From Octopus sinensis (lineage: Eukaryota): a DNA stretch of 64,000 bases. The stretch lies in the NCBI RefSeq assembly GCF_006345805.1, contig NC_043020.1, forward strand, positions 13,516,001 through 13,580,000. The letters are read 5' to 3'. Made by a program: the position numbers and the translations under genes. Positions 38,415 to 51,240 of the stretch are shown in pieces (position 1 is the first letter of the stretch; every line of letters begins with the position of its first letter). The notes beneath the pieces were generated by a model. The model was not told the DNA's origin and searched no databases. It worked only from the letters and a program-made list of their open reading frames with translations.

Positions 38415-38939
38415 TATCTGATATTATATATAATGCTCATGCCTTTCCCAAGTACTTTAGCAAAAGACATAAAAAGCAAATCTACCGAGACTGGGAACCG
38501 ATCTCTTTGGACCTCCTCCTTCTTCTCCTCTTCGGAGAATAAAGAAAAATGTGCAAATTAAAACATTAAAAAAAAAACCCCCAAAAAAATGCGTATTTAA
38601 ATATGTGAACCTGGAGTGAAATCTTAGCCGAGTGGCTGAGTATCTAAATGATCCCTTTACGCCCTCGCTCTCCTCACCCCCACCTTTCTCTTTACCCCTT
38701 TCATCTATGAATGATACATGTCTGTCCTGTCCCTGTCTGCGGAGAGAACTACAGCAGTTTGGTTTCGTTTTGTTGTTTTGTTCTGTGAATGAGGGCCTCT
38801 CTGTGAATTTTTAGTTCACACGCTGACTAGGAAACACATGTGTAAAGTAATCCCTCTGCTGCCCCTTGTTGTCCAGTTTTTTTTTTTTAGGGGGTGGAAA
38901 CAACCACCACCAGGAACACTCTCTCTCACTCTCTCTCTT

Positions 38940-38972
<33 letters not shown>

Positions 38973-38989
38973 TTCTCCCTGTCTCTCTT

Positions 38990-39022
<33 letters not shown>

Positions 39023-40016
39023 GTTAGGGTTAACCTTTAACCTTTCCTTGTGTTAACTTACTGCTCTGGAGAGCAACTCCATTGCTCTTTTGTCACAACT
39101 TTCATACAACAAACCAAACTTATTGGATTCTCTTGATTTCTGTCTCTTTAAAAAAAAACAACAACAAAAAAAAGATAAAAAGGTTTTGTTGTTGTTGTGT
39201 TTTTGACCTTTCAAAAAGTAAATTACTTAATTGAAGCAAATAAAAATAAACAGACATGGTGGGGTACATTGAACAGAAATACTGACCCTCTAACCCCACC
39301 CCCACCCTGCCACCACATATGGGGGTGGGGGCTGTTGTTGTTGTTGTTGTTTTTTCGTTTCCCTGGGAAGGTGGAGCTGTCTCAAAAGTTAAATCTCTTT
39401 TAGCCAGAAAAATAATGAGAGAACCCAGTATTTTTTTATTTTTTAAATTTTTTTTTGTTTTTGTTTTTAAACAATGGGAACTTTCACAGGTGCTCCCCTC
39501 CACCACTACCACCACCACCTCCAACAACAACAACAACAACGACAACAGCCATTTATTTATAACAGTATGGCACCACTACCCCTACACACACACACACACA
39601 CAAACACACAATTCATCCCCTCTAATAATGATATGTCAATTTGTTGGGATTTGTCGGGGGGGTGGGGGTATATTTTTTTTTTGGTGGCTCTTTTGGAGAA
39701 AGTTTTTCCCTTCCAACCCCCACCCCCACCCATATAGTTGTGGGAGGGAGATATGTATACGCTAATTACATAACATTGTCTGGGAGAAGAAGAGAAATTC
39801 CCCGCCACCACCACTATCCCATTTGGGCCCTCCCGTTATGTTTTCCTTTTTTCTTTATATATTGAAAAGAAAACGGTTGCTACATTTAAATCCTATTTTT
39901 CACTAACAACAGTGGTTTTCAAACTCTTCTCAGAAAATATCTTTGTTTTTGTTTTGCTTGTTTGTTTTTTTTTGTTATCCCAGACATGGTCCTTTGGTAA
40001 GAAGCTTGCTTCCCAA

Positions 40017-40616
40017 AAGGCGGCGAGCTGGCAGAATCGTTAGCACGCCGGGCGAAATGCTTAGCGGTATTTCGTCTGCCGTTACGTCCTGAGTTCCAAT
40101 TCCGCCGAGGTCGACTTTGCCTTTCATCCTTTCGGGGTCGATAAATTAAATACCAGTTACGCACTGGGATCGATGTAATCAACTTCATCCGTTTGTCTGT
40201 CCTTGTTTGTCCCCTCTGTGTGTAGCCCCTTGTGGGCAGTAAAGAAATAGGTATTTTGTCTATCTTTATGTCCTGAGTTCCAATTCCGCCGAGGTCGACT
40301 TTGCCCATCATCCTTTCGGGGTCGATAAATTAAGTACCAGTGACGCACTGGTATCGATGTAATCATCTTCATCCGTTTGTCTGTCCTTGTTTGTCCCCTC
40401 TGTGTGTAGCCCCTTGTGGGCAGTAAAGAAATAGGTATTTCGTCTATCTTTATGTCTTGAGTTCCAATTCCGCCGAGGTCGACTTTGCCTTTCATCCTTT
40501 CGGGGGTCGATAAATTAAGTACCAGTGATGCACTGGTGTCGATGTAATCGACTTCATCCCTTTGTCTGTCCTTGGTTGTCCCCTCTATGTTTAGCCCCTT
40601 GTGGGCAATAAAGAAA
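40017..40616 (+). mobile_element. SINE family B trimer inserted into a SINE A head
   Basis: 19-bp TSD TAAGAAGCTTGCTTCCCAA at 39998-40016 and 40617-40635. Confidence 0.9.
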
Positions 40617-41349
40617 TAAGAAGCTTGCTTCCCAACCACATAGTTCTAGGTTCAGTCCCACTGCATGTCACCTTAGGCAAGTGTCTCTACCATAGCCTCT
40701 GGCTGACCAGAGCTTTGTGAATGGATTTGGTAGATGGAAACTGGAAGAAGCCCAACATATATATATATGTCACACATCTGGTGTTGAGGTGAGGAACAAG
40801 CAACAAAATCAACCTCAGTTCTTCAACAATAAACAATTTAGGACCATTTTCTTTGCTAAAGTAGAGATAGCTTTGAGGACCCTATGACAGTTTGAATCTT
40901 TCTCATCAAGATTCCTTTCTTGTGAGTGTTTTACTGCTTGATGTCCTTCCTGTAGCCAACCCTGGAGGTCCTGTCTTACAACACAGATTTGATGCGCTTC
41001 TTCTAAAACTGGGGACAAAAAGTTCCTTATATTTTATTGATCCTTAAAAAATTTAAACTCAGGATATTACATGCCACAAGCTATATTGTCCAACTGGTTC
41101 TACCACCCAAGCCCCGTTATGATAATAATAATAATCCTTTTTACTGAAGGTGCAAGGCCTGAAATTTGATGGGAGGGGAGTTGTTGATTATATTGACCCC
41201 CAGTGTTTTACTGGTGCTTAGTTTATTGACCCTGAAAGGAGGAAATGTAAAGTCAACCTCAGCAGAATTCAAACTCAGAACATGAAGACAGACAAAATGC
41301 CACTCAGCATTTTCTGCCAGCTTACCACCTTATAACAACAATAATAATG

Positions 41350-42010
41350 ATATTTTAAAAGGATTGGTGTAACTCTTCACAAAGGTAAACAGACAGGATG
41401 AAGGGCACGATGCGATTGCAATAGATATTTTATTGGTTGAACGATATTTCGACAGTAAGCCTGTCTTTGTCTAGTTCAAAATAAAAAGTGATAAAAATTC
41501 AAAGTTATAGAAATTCAAATCAAAAGTATGAGCGAGAGCAAACAGTGTACACATGTTGATGGATCAATTTTATAACTGGTGAAAAGAAAAAGACAGAAAA
41601 AAGAATATTCAAACAGTTCTGTGTAAATTTGATATTCTCTTATCATTTTATTCATTCCTCTAGGGTGTGAAGTTAATAACCCACAAACATATTTCTCCTC
41701 TTGCATTTTGAGTATTGAAAGAGAAGCAGATTCAGAATATTTTCTGAGATTATGCTCTTTCAAGTCTTTTTCAAAATTGCAGTTGTTTGAACTAAAATGT
41801 TTGGCAAGCTCTGTCGAGAATTTCTCTTCTTCTCCCAGACATCATATCTGTGCCCATTAAATCTTTTGTTTAATTCTTCTGTTGTACAACCAACATAAAT
41901 CAAGTAGTGTTTCATGCATTCTGTCACGTACACCAAATGGGAATCTCTACATGTCTCACTTTTTGTATAAATTGTAACATTTCTGTTATGATTCCTGATG
42001 GAATTCATTT
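41350..42010 (-). pseudogene. Decayed Penelope-like retroelement 3' part: GIY-YIG endonuclease + terminal region
   Basis: TCRDSHLVYVTECMKHYLIYVGCTTEELNKRFNGHRYD and GLLTSHPRGMN match the Penelope-like GIY-YIG (C.S.NV.Y...C..C...YVG.T...L..R.N.HR; L.T..P.G.N); frameshifted. Confidence 0.8.
41437..41479 (-). ncRNA. Minimal hammerhead-ribozyme-like motif with variant core
   Basis: TTGAAC-TAGACAA-A-GACAG-GCTTA-CTGTC-GAA-ATAT-C-GTTCAA. Confidence 0.6.
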
Positions 42011-42019
42011 GACTCGTTG

Positions 42020-42290
42020 TTGCACAATAAACAGGGCTTACCTCTCTTGTGGCTGTTTTTCAAAGTACAGTGTACAGATAGTCCAATGTTAGTTTTCTTG
42101 GAATCAAAAACAGAGGTCAATAGTTCTTTTGACATCAGGCACAATAACAGTAGTTCAACAGAACTTGCTGAACATTTTGTTTCAAACGGCTGCAATTTTG
42201 AAAAAGGCTTGAAGTGCATATTCTCAGAAAATATTCTCAATCTGCTTCTCTTTCAATACTCAAAATGCATGAGGAGAAATATTCTCTTTC
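42020..42290 (+). pseudogene. Second GIY-YIG fragment, inverted relative to 41690-41850
   Basis: DIRHNNSSSTELAEHFVSNGCNFEKGLK; nucleotide-level inverted similarity to the adjacent element. Confidence 0.65.
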
Positions 42291-42690
42291 TCTTTTCTCT
42301 TTTACTTGTTTCAGTCATTTGACTGTGGCCATGCTGGAGCACCACCTTTAATCGAGCAACTCGACCCCGGGACTTATTCTTTTTGTAAGCCTAGTACTTA
42401 TTCTATCGGTCTCTTTTGCCGAATTGCTAAGTAACAGGGACATAAACACACCTGCATCGGTTGTCAAGCAATGCTAGGGGACAAACAAGACACACAAACA
42501 CACACACGCATATATATATATATATACATATATACGACGGGCTTCTTTCAGTTTCCATCTACCAAATCCACTCACAAGGCTTTGGTCGGCCCGAGGCTAT
42601 AGTAGAAGACACTTGCCCAAGGTGCCACACAGTGGGACTGAACCCGGAACCATGTGGTTGGTAGACAAGCTACATACCACACAGCCACTC
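42290..42690 (-). mobile_element. SINE family A
   Basis: Full length. Confidence 0.9.
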
Positions 42691-42964
42691 ATTAACATCA
42701 TGCCCTGGAGGAATGAATAAAATGAAAGGAGAATATCATCAAACTTACACAAAACTATTTCGTTAAACATTCTTTTTTTCCTTTCATTTTTTCTCACCTT
42801 TTTCTTCTTTTTTCTTCTGTCTTTTTCTTTTCGCCAGTCATAAAATTGAAACTTAAAGACTGATGATGTCATTCCATGAATGTGTGGATGCTGGTTGCTC
42901 TTGTTCATACTTTAGATTTGAGGCCAGCTATTATGAGCTGAGGGGATTAGCCATTTACATTGGA

Positions 42965-43305
42965 AGCCTCGACTGGCTTCCGTGTCGGTGGCACGTAAAA
43001 AGCACCATCCGAATCGTGGCCGAAGCCAGTGCCGCCTCGACTGGCTTCCGTGCAGGTGGCACGTAAAATGCACCAATCCGACCGTGGCCGATGCCAGCCT
43101 CGCCTGGCACCAGTGCAGGTGGCACGTAAAAAGCACCCACTACACTCACGGAGTGGTTGGCGTTAGGAAGGGCATCCAGCTGTAGAAACATTGCCAGATA
43201 AGACCGGAGCCTGGTGCAGCCTTCTGGCTTCCCAGATCCCCGGTCGAACCGTCCAACCCATGCTAGCATGGAGAACGGACGTTGAACAATGATGATGATG
43301 ATGAT
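42965..43305 (+). mobile_element. Family E element
   Basis: GGTGGCACGTAAAAAGCACC repeats, GGAAGGGCATCCAGC, (GAT)n tail. Confidence 0.85.
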
Positions 43306-44295
43306 GTTGCCCACAGTACTTGATCCTCTCTACAAAATGTTTGAGGAATGAAAATGGTGAGATTTGGCTATTATTTGTTGCATAGCATGCACCTATATCA
43401 AAGCTGCTATGTTGCTTCAAGAAGATTTCATCTATATGTAACATGATAGACAAGTCACTCCAACCATGACAACCCTTGTCTACCTTGTTGTTAATTACAA
43501 TTATTAGATAGCAAATGACTTCACTGAGGATTGAACTGGGCCTGCATATTTTAGTCCTTGATATTCACAACACTTTTTTTGTTTTTAATATTATAGGTTT
43601 TACCCACTTTTTCTCCCTTTACTCCAAGATAGATTTCTCCATTTTCCCCTCCCCCCCCCCAGCTCCACCCCCACACACCACTTTTCAACCGGAAACCGTT
43701 TTTCCATCGAGTTTGTTTGCTTTTAGTTTCTGCAAGAACTTCTTTTGCACTGAACGACCCTTGAAACGACTCTCGGAACATATGGAGGAGGAATTAGAAG
43801 TTTTGAAATGCGGAAGTCGTGATGTTCATTTGAAATAGAGACTAACGAGAAATTAAATCTCCCTTTGGAAAATATTCATTGAGCCATTTCATTCTAGTTC
43901 TTCAGTAACAAATATCTTCACCATTTTTCTGGAAGCTTCTGTTGGGTTTTTTTTTTTTTGTTTTTGTTTTTGTTTTTCGTTCTTTTATTCCTTATATTAT
44001 TTGCCAAAATTGCTGCGAAATATTCAAACATATTTTGTTCCTTTGCTGATATGCCTTTTTTTTATTTGAGTTAAATCTTTCAGAGAAATATGACGCAAAA
44101 ATCCTTTTAGCACCGACTCCTTTGATGTTTAGTCAAAGAAGTTTTGCCAAAAAGTCAGTCAAATGGATACTCTCTCTTTACTCTTTTACTTGTTTCAGTC
44201 ATTTGACTGTGGCCATGCTGGAGCACCGTCTTTAGTCGAGCAAATTGACCCCAGGACTTATACTTTGGAAGCTTAGTACTTATTCAGTCTCTTTT

Positions 44296-45300
44296 TTGAG
44301 CAAGACACTTTATTTCACAATCTTACTGCATTCAGTTTAAAACTGGAGGTAGTAGGTTCTAATCTGTACTGGTGCTACCCAGTGGTGAATTGTGTTCTTG
44401 AGCAAGACACTTTATTTCACAATCTTACTGCATTCAGTTTAAAACTGGAGGTAGTAGGTTCTAATCTGTACTGGTGCTACCCAGTGGTGAATTGTGTTCT
44501 TGAGCAAGACACTTTATTTCACAATCTTACTGCATTCAGTTTAAAACTGGAGGTAGTAGGTTCTAATCTGTACTGGTGCTACCCAGTGATGAATTGTGTT
44601 CTTGAGCAAGACACTTTATTTCACAATCTTACTGCATTCAGTTTAAAACTGGAGGTAGTAGGTTCTAATCTGTACTGGTGCTACCCAGTGATGAATTGTG
44701 TTCTTGAGCAAGACACTTTATTTCACAATCTTACTGCATTCAGTTTAAAACTGGAGGTAGTAGGTTCTAATCTGTACTGGTGCTACCCAGTGATGAATTG
44801 TGTTCTTGAGCAAGACACTTTATTTCACAATCTTGCTGCATTCAGTTTAAAACTGGGGGTAGTAGGTTCTAATCTGTCCTGGTGCTGATGTTCACATCCA
44901 AGACTACAGGCTCCCTGATGACAATCTGGTATGTCTTTAGTCTTCAACAATCAACTTAAATATATTATTGATGATCACAACATCTTCAGGGTTAAAGAAA
45001 GCGCGTTGGCTTAATGGTTAGGGTATTCGTCTCTGGATTGTAAGGTGGTAAGTTCAATACCCAGTGGTGTATTGTGTTCTTGAGCAAGACACTTTATTTC
45101 ACAATCTTACTTCATTCAGTTTCAAACTGGAGGTAGTAGGTTCTAATCTGTGCTGGTGCTACCCAGTGATGAATTGTGTTCTTGAGGAAGACACTTTATT
45201 TCACAATCTTACTTCATTCAGTTTAAAACTGGAGGTAGTAGGTTCTAATCTGTACTAGTGCTACCCAGTGATGAATTGTGTTCTTGAGCAAGACACTTTA
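44296..45300. repeat. 102-bp minisatellite containing SINE D CORE sequence (two blocks)
   Basis: TTGAGCAAGACACTTTATTTCACAATC... at 44296, 44398, 44500, 44602, 44704, 44806 and again in 45060-45300. Confidence 0.95.
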
Positions 45301-45959
45301 TTTCACATTGCTCCTGTTCATTCAACTGGAAAAATCAGTTGTACTTGTAATTAATTCTAAGGGCTGGCCTTGTTACATTCTGTGCCATACTGAATCACCC
45401 TGAGAACCGCATTAAGGGTACATGTGTCTGTGGAGCGCTCAGCCACTTGCACATTAATTCGACGAGCAGGCTGTTCTGTTGATCAGATCAACAAGAATCC
45501 TTATCATCATAACCCGACAGAGTGCCAAAAGTAGTTAAAGATGGGATTTGATTGTTCGGTAAAATATAATCTTTGCAAGATAAAAGGTTGTTTGTTAAAA
45601 CAGTGATTGAGGAGTTCTCCTTCCAGCATGTCAGTAACAGTACAGCATGTTATTGACATCACATGACCAAAGCTTATTACATCTACACATACCACCACTG
45701 CTACTGCCACCACTGCTGCTGCTGTTGCTGCTGCTGCTGCTCAGCCTGAATGTAGTTCTTAATTGAAATATCCCATGTGGTTTCTGATATATCTTATTTA
45801 CTCCATTGTATAAACACAGACGCACATAAAGATGTTTCTTTTGGAGGCAATCAAATATAGCAAGTACAAATTGAATTTCTTTGCAACTAATTACAAATAT
45901 ACAAATATATCATAAGCATATACAATCAACAGCATTACCCCCACACACACACATGTGCA

Positions 45960-46255
45960 CGTACACACACACATATATACATATATACATATAATATATA
46001 TGTATGTATGTATGTATATATATATATTATATATATATATAGAGAGAGAGAGAGAGATCTAAATATATATACACATACAGACACACACATATATATGTAA
46101 TTACATAAATATAAGTAAATGTGTATATATGTACATATAGGTAGATATATATATTATATATATATATTATATATAGGTAGATATATATATATATATATTA
46201 TATATATATATATATGCAATTATATATATATATATGCAATATATATATATATATG

Positions 46256-46286
<31 letters not shown>

Positions 46287-46307
46287 GCAATATATATAAT
46301 ATATGTA

Positions 46308-46342
<35 letters not shown>

Positions 46343-46489
46343 CAATATATATATAATATATATCATCATCATCATCATCATTTAGCGTCGATTTTCCATG
46401 CTAGCATGGGTTATGCAATATATATATATATATATATCATCATCATCATCATCATTTAGCGTCCATTTTCCATGCTAGCATGGGTTATG

Positions 46490-46532
<43 letters not shown>

Positions 46533-46560
46533 ATATGCAATATATATATATATATATAAA
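45960..46560. repeat. (TA)n-rich tract with duplicated E-tail stub
   Basis: CATCATTTAGCGTC.ATTTTCCATGCTAGCATGGGTTATGCAATATAT occurs twice (~46375, ~46450). Confidence 0.9.
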
Positions 46561-47102
46561 AGAAGAAAAATAAAATGGAGATAGGGAAGTTTATAATTAT
46601 TTATTTATTTATTAGCAACAAATCAATCATTATCCCTTACAGCTATTTCAATTAATACTCAGTGAATTAATTAAATATTAAATTCGTATGCCCTGAACAT
46701 AATATCATCAGCGGAGAAAAAGAATGTTTTACTTGTGGTGTTTCTATATGTGATTCAGTCTGCTATAATGAATCCATAAAAACATATATATAACATCCAG
46801 AGGTATATATTTTTTCTCCTCCCTGAAGGTATTTTGCTCGGGGCATATGAATTTAAACAATTGCAGCGTGGAAGGTGTTTAAAAGCCATTTAAAAAACAA
46901 CACAAAAACCGTTAGATTCACTGCAAACTGTGACCTGTTCATTGACAAAATTTTGCGCTGCATCTGAATTTAATATTCAATTAATTCATTGAGCATTAAT
47001 TGAAACAGCTGTAAGGGATGGTTAATAGCAGAGGGCTTCAAATTTTCCTGCATTAAATTGCATGTTGTTTTCTTCAGCCCATCTATACATGGCATCCAGT
47101 TC

Positions 47103-47522
47103 TTTCTCTTTTACTCTCTCTTTTACTTGTTTCAGTCATTTTGACTGCGGCCATGCTGGAGCACTGCCTTTTGTCGAGCAAATCGACCCCGGGACTTATT
47201 CTTTGTAAGCCCAGTACTTATTCTATCGGTCTCTTTTGCCGAACCGCTAAGTGACGGGAACGTAAACACACCAGCATCGGTTGTAAAGCAATGCTAGGGG
47301 GACAAACACAGCAGACACACAAACACACACACATATATATATATATATACATATATACAACAGGCTTCTTTCAGTTTCCGTCTTCCAAATCCACTCACAA
47401 GGCATTGGTCGGCCTGGGACTATAGCAGAAGACACTTGCCCAAGATGCCACGCAGTGGGATTGAACCCGAGACCATGTGGTTGGTTAGCAAGCTACTTAC
47501 CACACAGCCACTCCTACGCCTT
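47103..47522 (-). mobile_element. SINE family A
   Basis: Full length. Confidence 0.9.
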
Positions 47523-49900
47523 TCTGTAGAAGATTAGCATCAGAAGGTTCCTTGATTGCTTGTGTTACTTTTGTGTCATCTGCAGAGCTAGTTAGTGTGG
47601 TTCACTGTTTAACTAATGGCATATCTGAAAGAGCTACCACAATCAGCAGTGGCCTCAAGACAGTTTTCTGAGGCATTCCACTCACCATTGGCTGCCACAG
47701 CCTGATTTCTGTTAAGCATCTGCTAACATCTGCTCTGCTACTTCCTTTATGAAGAGGAAATATTATGCCTTCCTTTAAAGTTCTTGGAAGCCTCCCATTT
47801 GCAAGGAAGCTTTGGTAGAGAATCTGTAGTGGTCTTGCTAAATACCCTTTGCATTTCTTTTTGAGGATTACTGGAAATCAATTAGGGCCTGTGGCCAAGT
47901 TCAATCTTGTTTTTGACTCCCATAAATAAATGAACTTTTCTTTTGTCATGTAATCACTCTCCTAGTTCTCCAAGACTCTTTGTATCTTATGACATATCCC
48001 ATGATCAACCTTATCAAAGGCCTTTGCAAAATCAAGAAATATCACATCCCAACTTAAGCGATTCATTAGTTGTTACAGCACCCAGTCATAATGTTACAAA
48101 AACTGTGTAAGGTGGCTTCTTTCTGAGCAGAAGCCTTGCTGGGTGTCAGTTTCCTCCTAACAATATATTCCATGACTTTAAGGCGGCGAGCTGGTAGAAA
48201 CGTTAGCACGCCAGGCGAAATTCGTAGCCGTATTTCGTTTGTCGTTACGTTCCGAGTTCAAATTCCGCCGAGGTCGACTTTGCCTTTCATCCTTTCGGGG
48301 TCGATAAATTAAGTACCAGTTACGCACTGGGGTCGATATAATCGACCTAATCCGTTTGTCTGTCCTTGTTTGTCCCCTCTGTGTTTAGCCCCTTGTGGGT
48401 AGTAAAGAAATAAATATGTTCCATGACTTTGCTGACATGCAAGATTAGAAAGACAGGCCCATAATTTTTAGCATCTGCTCTGCTACTTCCTTTATGGAGA
48501 GGAAATATGCCTTCCTTTAAGTTTCTTGGAAGCCTCCCATTTGCAGGGAAGCTTTGGTAGAGAATCTGTAGTGGTCTTGCAAAATCCCCTTTGCATTTCT
48601 TTTTGAGGATTACTGGAAATCCATTAGGGCCCGTGGCCAAGTTTAACCTCATTTCATCGATGGTTGAATTTACATCAGTTTTCTCTATGTTGATGTAATC
48701 AATACTTGCCATCTCTGTGTGTAAAGCTGTGTCAAAGAACTCATCAGGCATAACTTATTTGTAATGTCTCTCAATGGAGATGTACAAACACTTTTGCGTT
48801 GCACATTCAGTATTTCACTTAGCCTCTGAGGGTCTGCAGTCAGTGAGCCATTAAGTTCACTTCCAATCTCAAGCAATACTCTCTCTCTCTTTACACTTTT
48901 ACTTGTTTCAGTCATTTGACTGTGGCCATGCTGGAGCACTGCCTTTAATCGAGCAACTCGACCCCAGGACTTATTCTTTTGTAAGACCAGTACTTATTCT
49001 ATCGGTCTCTTTTGCCGAACCACTAAGTAACGGGGACATAAACACACCAGCATCGGTTGTCAAGCAATGCTAGGGGGACAAACACAGATACACAAACACA
49101 CACACGCATTATATATATATATATATATATACATATATACGACAGGCTTCTTTCAGTTTCCGTCTACCAAATCCACTCACAAGGCTTTGGTCGGCCCGAG
49201 GCTATAGTAGAAGACACTTGCCCAAGGTGCCACGCAGTGGGACTGGACCCGGAACCATGTGGTTGGTAAACAAACTACTTACCACACAGCCACTCCTGCA
49301 CCTATGTTTATTTGAGATAAGAACCTTTGCCATACTTCAGTTGCCCATTTAGATGGTTTGATATCTTTGCTTGTCATCTCATTAGGGTCTTCCTCTCCCT
49401 AAGATTATATTTTTCTGTCAGTTTGACATTCTCTCGGGTGCAAACTTACTGCATGTGTCATACATGATTGTCATAAAGTGACCCTTTTCTGAATACCCTC
49501 CCAACCAGCTTTACAAAAGTTCAGGCTGGAAAGGAGTTTGGTGTTTCTAGTAGCCTGCATGTTGGCAATCTTCTGTAGACCATTCATTGGTATTTCTGTT
49601 AAGTTATGGTCCAAGAAAATTATCAGTGTCACCATAACATTATGGATGGGCACCGTGTGACTTCTGAAGCAAAAGTCCAGAACTCCTTGTTGGGTGGAGC
49701 CCTATTTACTCCATGAAGGGTGTGTTTATAAGGTTGAGCAGAGATTCTGCTCGCCTACATTCATGCTTTGACATACCTCAGTGAAGGCAACCCTCGGGCC
49801 ATTAAACAATAGGAAGGTTGAAGTCTCCTAGAAGATGTATGTGAAGGCTGTCATCTAGGTCGGTTAATACTTATATCTTCTTGAGGTTCTCTTCAAATGA
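47522..49900 (-). pseudogene. Decayed CR1/L2-like LINE ORF2 (APE endonuclease + RT), interrupted by SINE B (48181-48412) and SINE A (48885-49305)
   Basis: GDFNLP (EN, ~49830); ATGPNGFP...PLHKGSSRADAKNYGPV...SKVME; DVIFLDFAKAFDKVDHG; SGMPQKTVLRPLL...SADDTK. Confidence 0.85.
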
Positions 49901-49924
49901 ACCCCCATGATTTGGAGTAATATG

Positions 49925-50292
49925 TATATATTTATATAAACGGCAAAATGTCTGTCTGTGTGTGTGTGTATCCTTTATACAAATCCAAAATTTTTTCAAT
50001 TAGAGGGCTCGCACTTTCTATGGTCATTCAGAACCGTCCAAGGGTGGTCGTGCACATCTTTACATTTCCCCAGTCACCCCGCAAAGCCTTTAAAAATAGA
50101 AGTGACTTTTTTGTGAATTTTCTGTCCAAAACCCAATCAAAACGCCCTAAACTTGATACGCCAATTGAATGCCAGTTAGCAGTATGTGATTGGTCGGAGA
50201 TTTGGACAGTACTCGCATGTATGTGCACACGCACGCAGCTGTATATGCATGCACTAGCAATATGACCCGGCGTTGCTGGGTCATAGTGCTAG
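49925..50292 (+). mobile_element. Non-autonomous Helitron-like element, family G
   Basis: 3' hairpin TGACCCGGC-GTT-GCTGGGTCA (50263-50283) then CTAG|T. Confidence 0.75.
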
Positions 50293-50642
50293 TATATATA
50301 TTATGCATATCTACATCATCAACATTTAACATCCATTTTCCATGCTGTCATGGGTTGGATGGTTTGACCAGAGCTGGCAAGCTGAAGAGCTGCACCTAAT
50401 TCCAGTCTGATTTGGTTTGGTCTCTATGGGTGGATGCCCTTTCTATTGCCAACCCTCTTACAGTGTGTGGTGGGTGCTTTTTACATGGCACCAGTACAGG
50501 GCTCTTGAGGGCCAGTCCTCATCAGAAGGGGGTTCAGCATTAACACTTCTGTTGGTAGAGGATGAGTCTTCTTGAGTATGCAAAGCGCCAGATTGAGAAG
50601 ACCTGTCCTCCACAGCAGAAGTGTTTATACATATACATGTAT

Positions 50643-51240
50643 ATCATCATCATCATCATCATTTAACGTCCACTTTCCATGCTGGCATGGGTTAGACGAT
50701 TTGACTGAGGACTGGCAAACCAGATGGCTGTGCCAGGCTCCAATCTGATCTGACAGAGTTTCTACAGCTGGATGCCCTTCCAAACGCCAACCACTCTGAG
50801 AGTTTAGTGGGTGCATTTACATGCCACCGGCATGAGGGCCAGTCTGGCGGTACTGGCAACGGCCACGCTTGAAATGGTGGTTTTTACGTGCCTCCTGCAC
50901 AGGAGTCAGTCCTGCGGCACTGACTACGACCTCGCTCGAATGTTTTGTTCATGTGCCACCGGCACAAGTGCCAGTAAGGCAACACTGGTATCAATTACGC
51001 TCAAATGGTGCCTTTTACATGCCTCCTGCACAGGAGTCAGTCCTGCAGCACTGACTACGACCTCGCTCGAATGTTTTGTTCATGTGCCACCGGCACAAGT
51101 GCCAGTAAGGCAACACTGGTATCAATTACGCTCAAATGGTGCTTTTTACGTGCCACCAGCACGGAAGCCAGACAGCTGCTCTGGCAGTGATCCCGCTCGG
51201 ATGGAACTGTTAGCGCTCCACTGGCACAGGTGCCAGTCAT
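50643..51240 (-). mobile_element. Family E element with ~130-bp internal duplication
   Basis: CCTCCTGCACAGGAGTCAGTCCTGC at 50891 and 51022. Confidence 0.85.

Noticed and set aside
39290-39735. G-run/C-run inverted pairs and G-quadruplex-like tracts
   Set aside because: Simple-sequence complementarity expected by chance in this low-complexity context
43515-43838. 107-aa ORF ending MEEELEVLKCGSRDVHLK
   Set aside because: No recognisable homology or flanking splice signals
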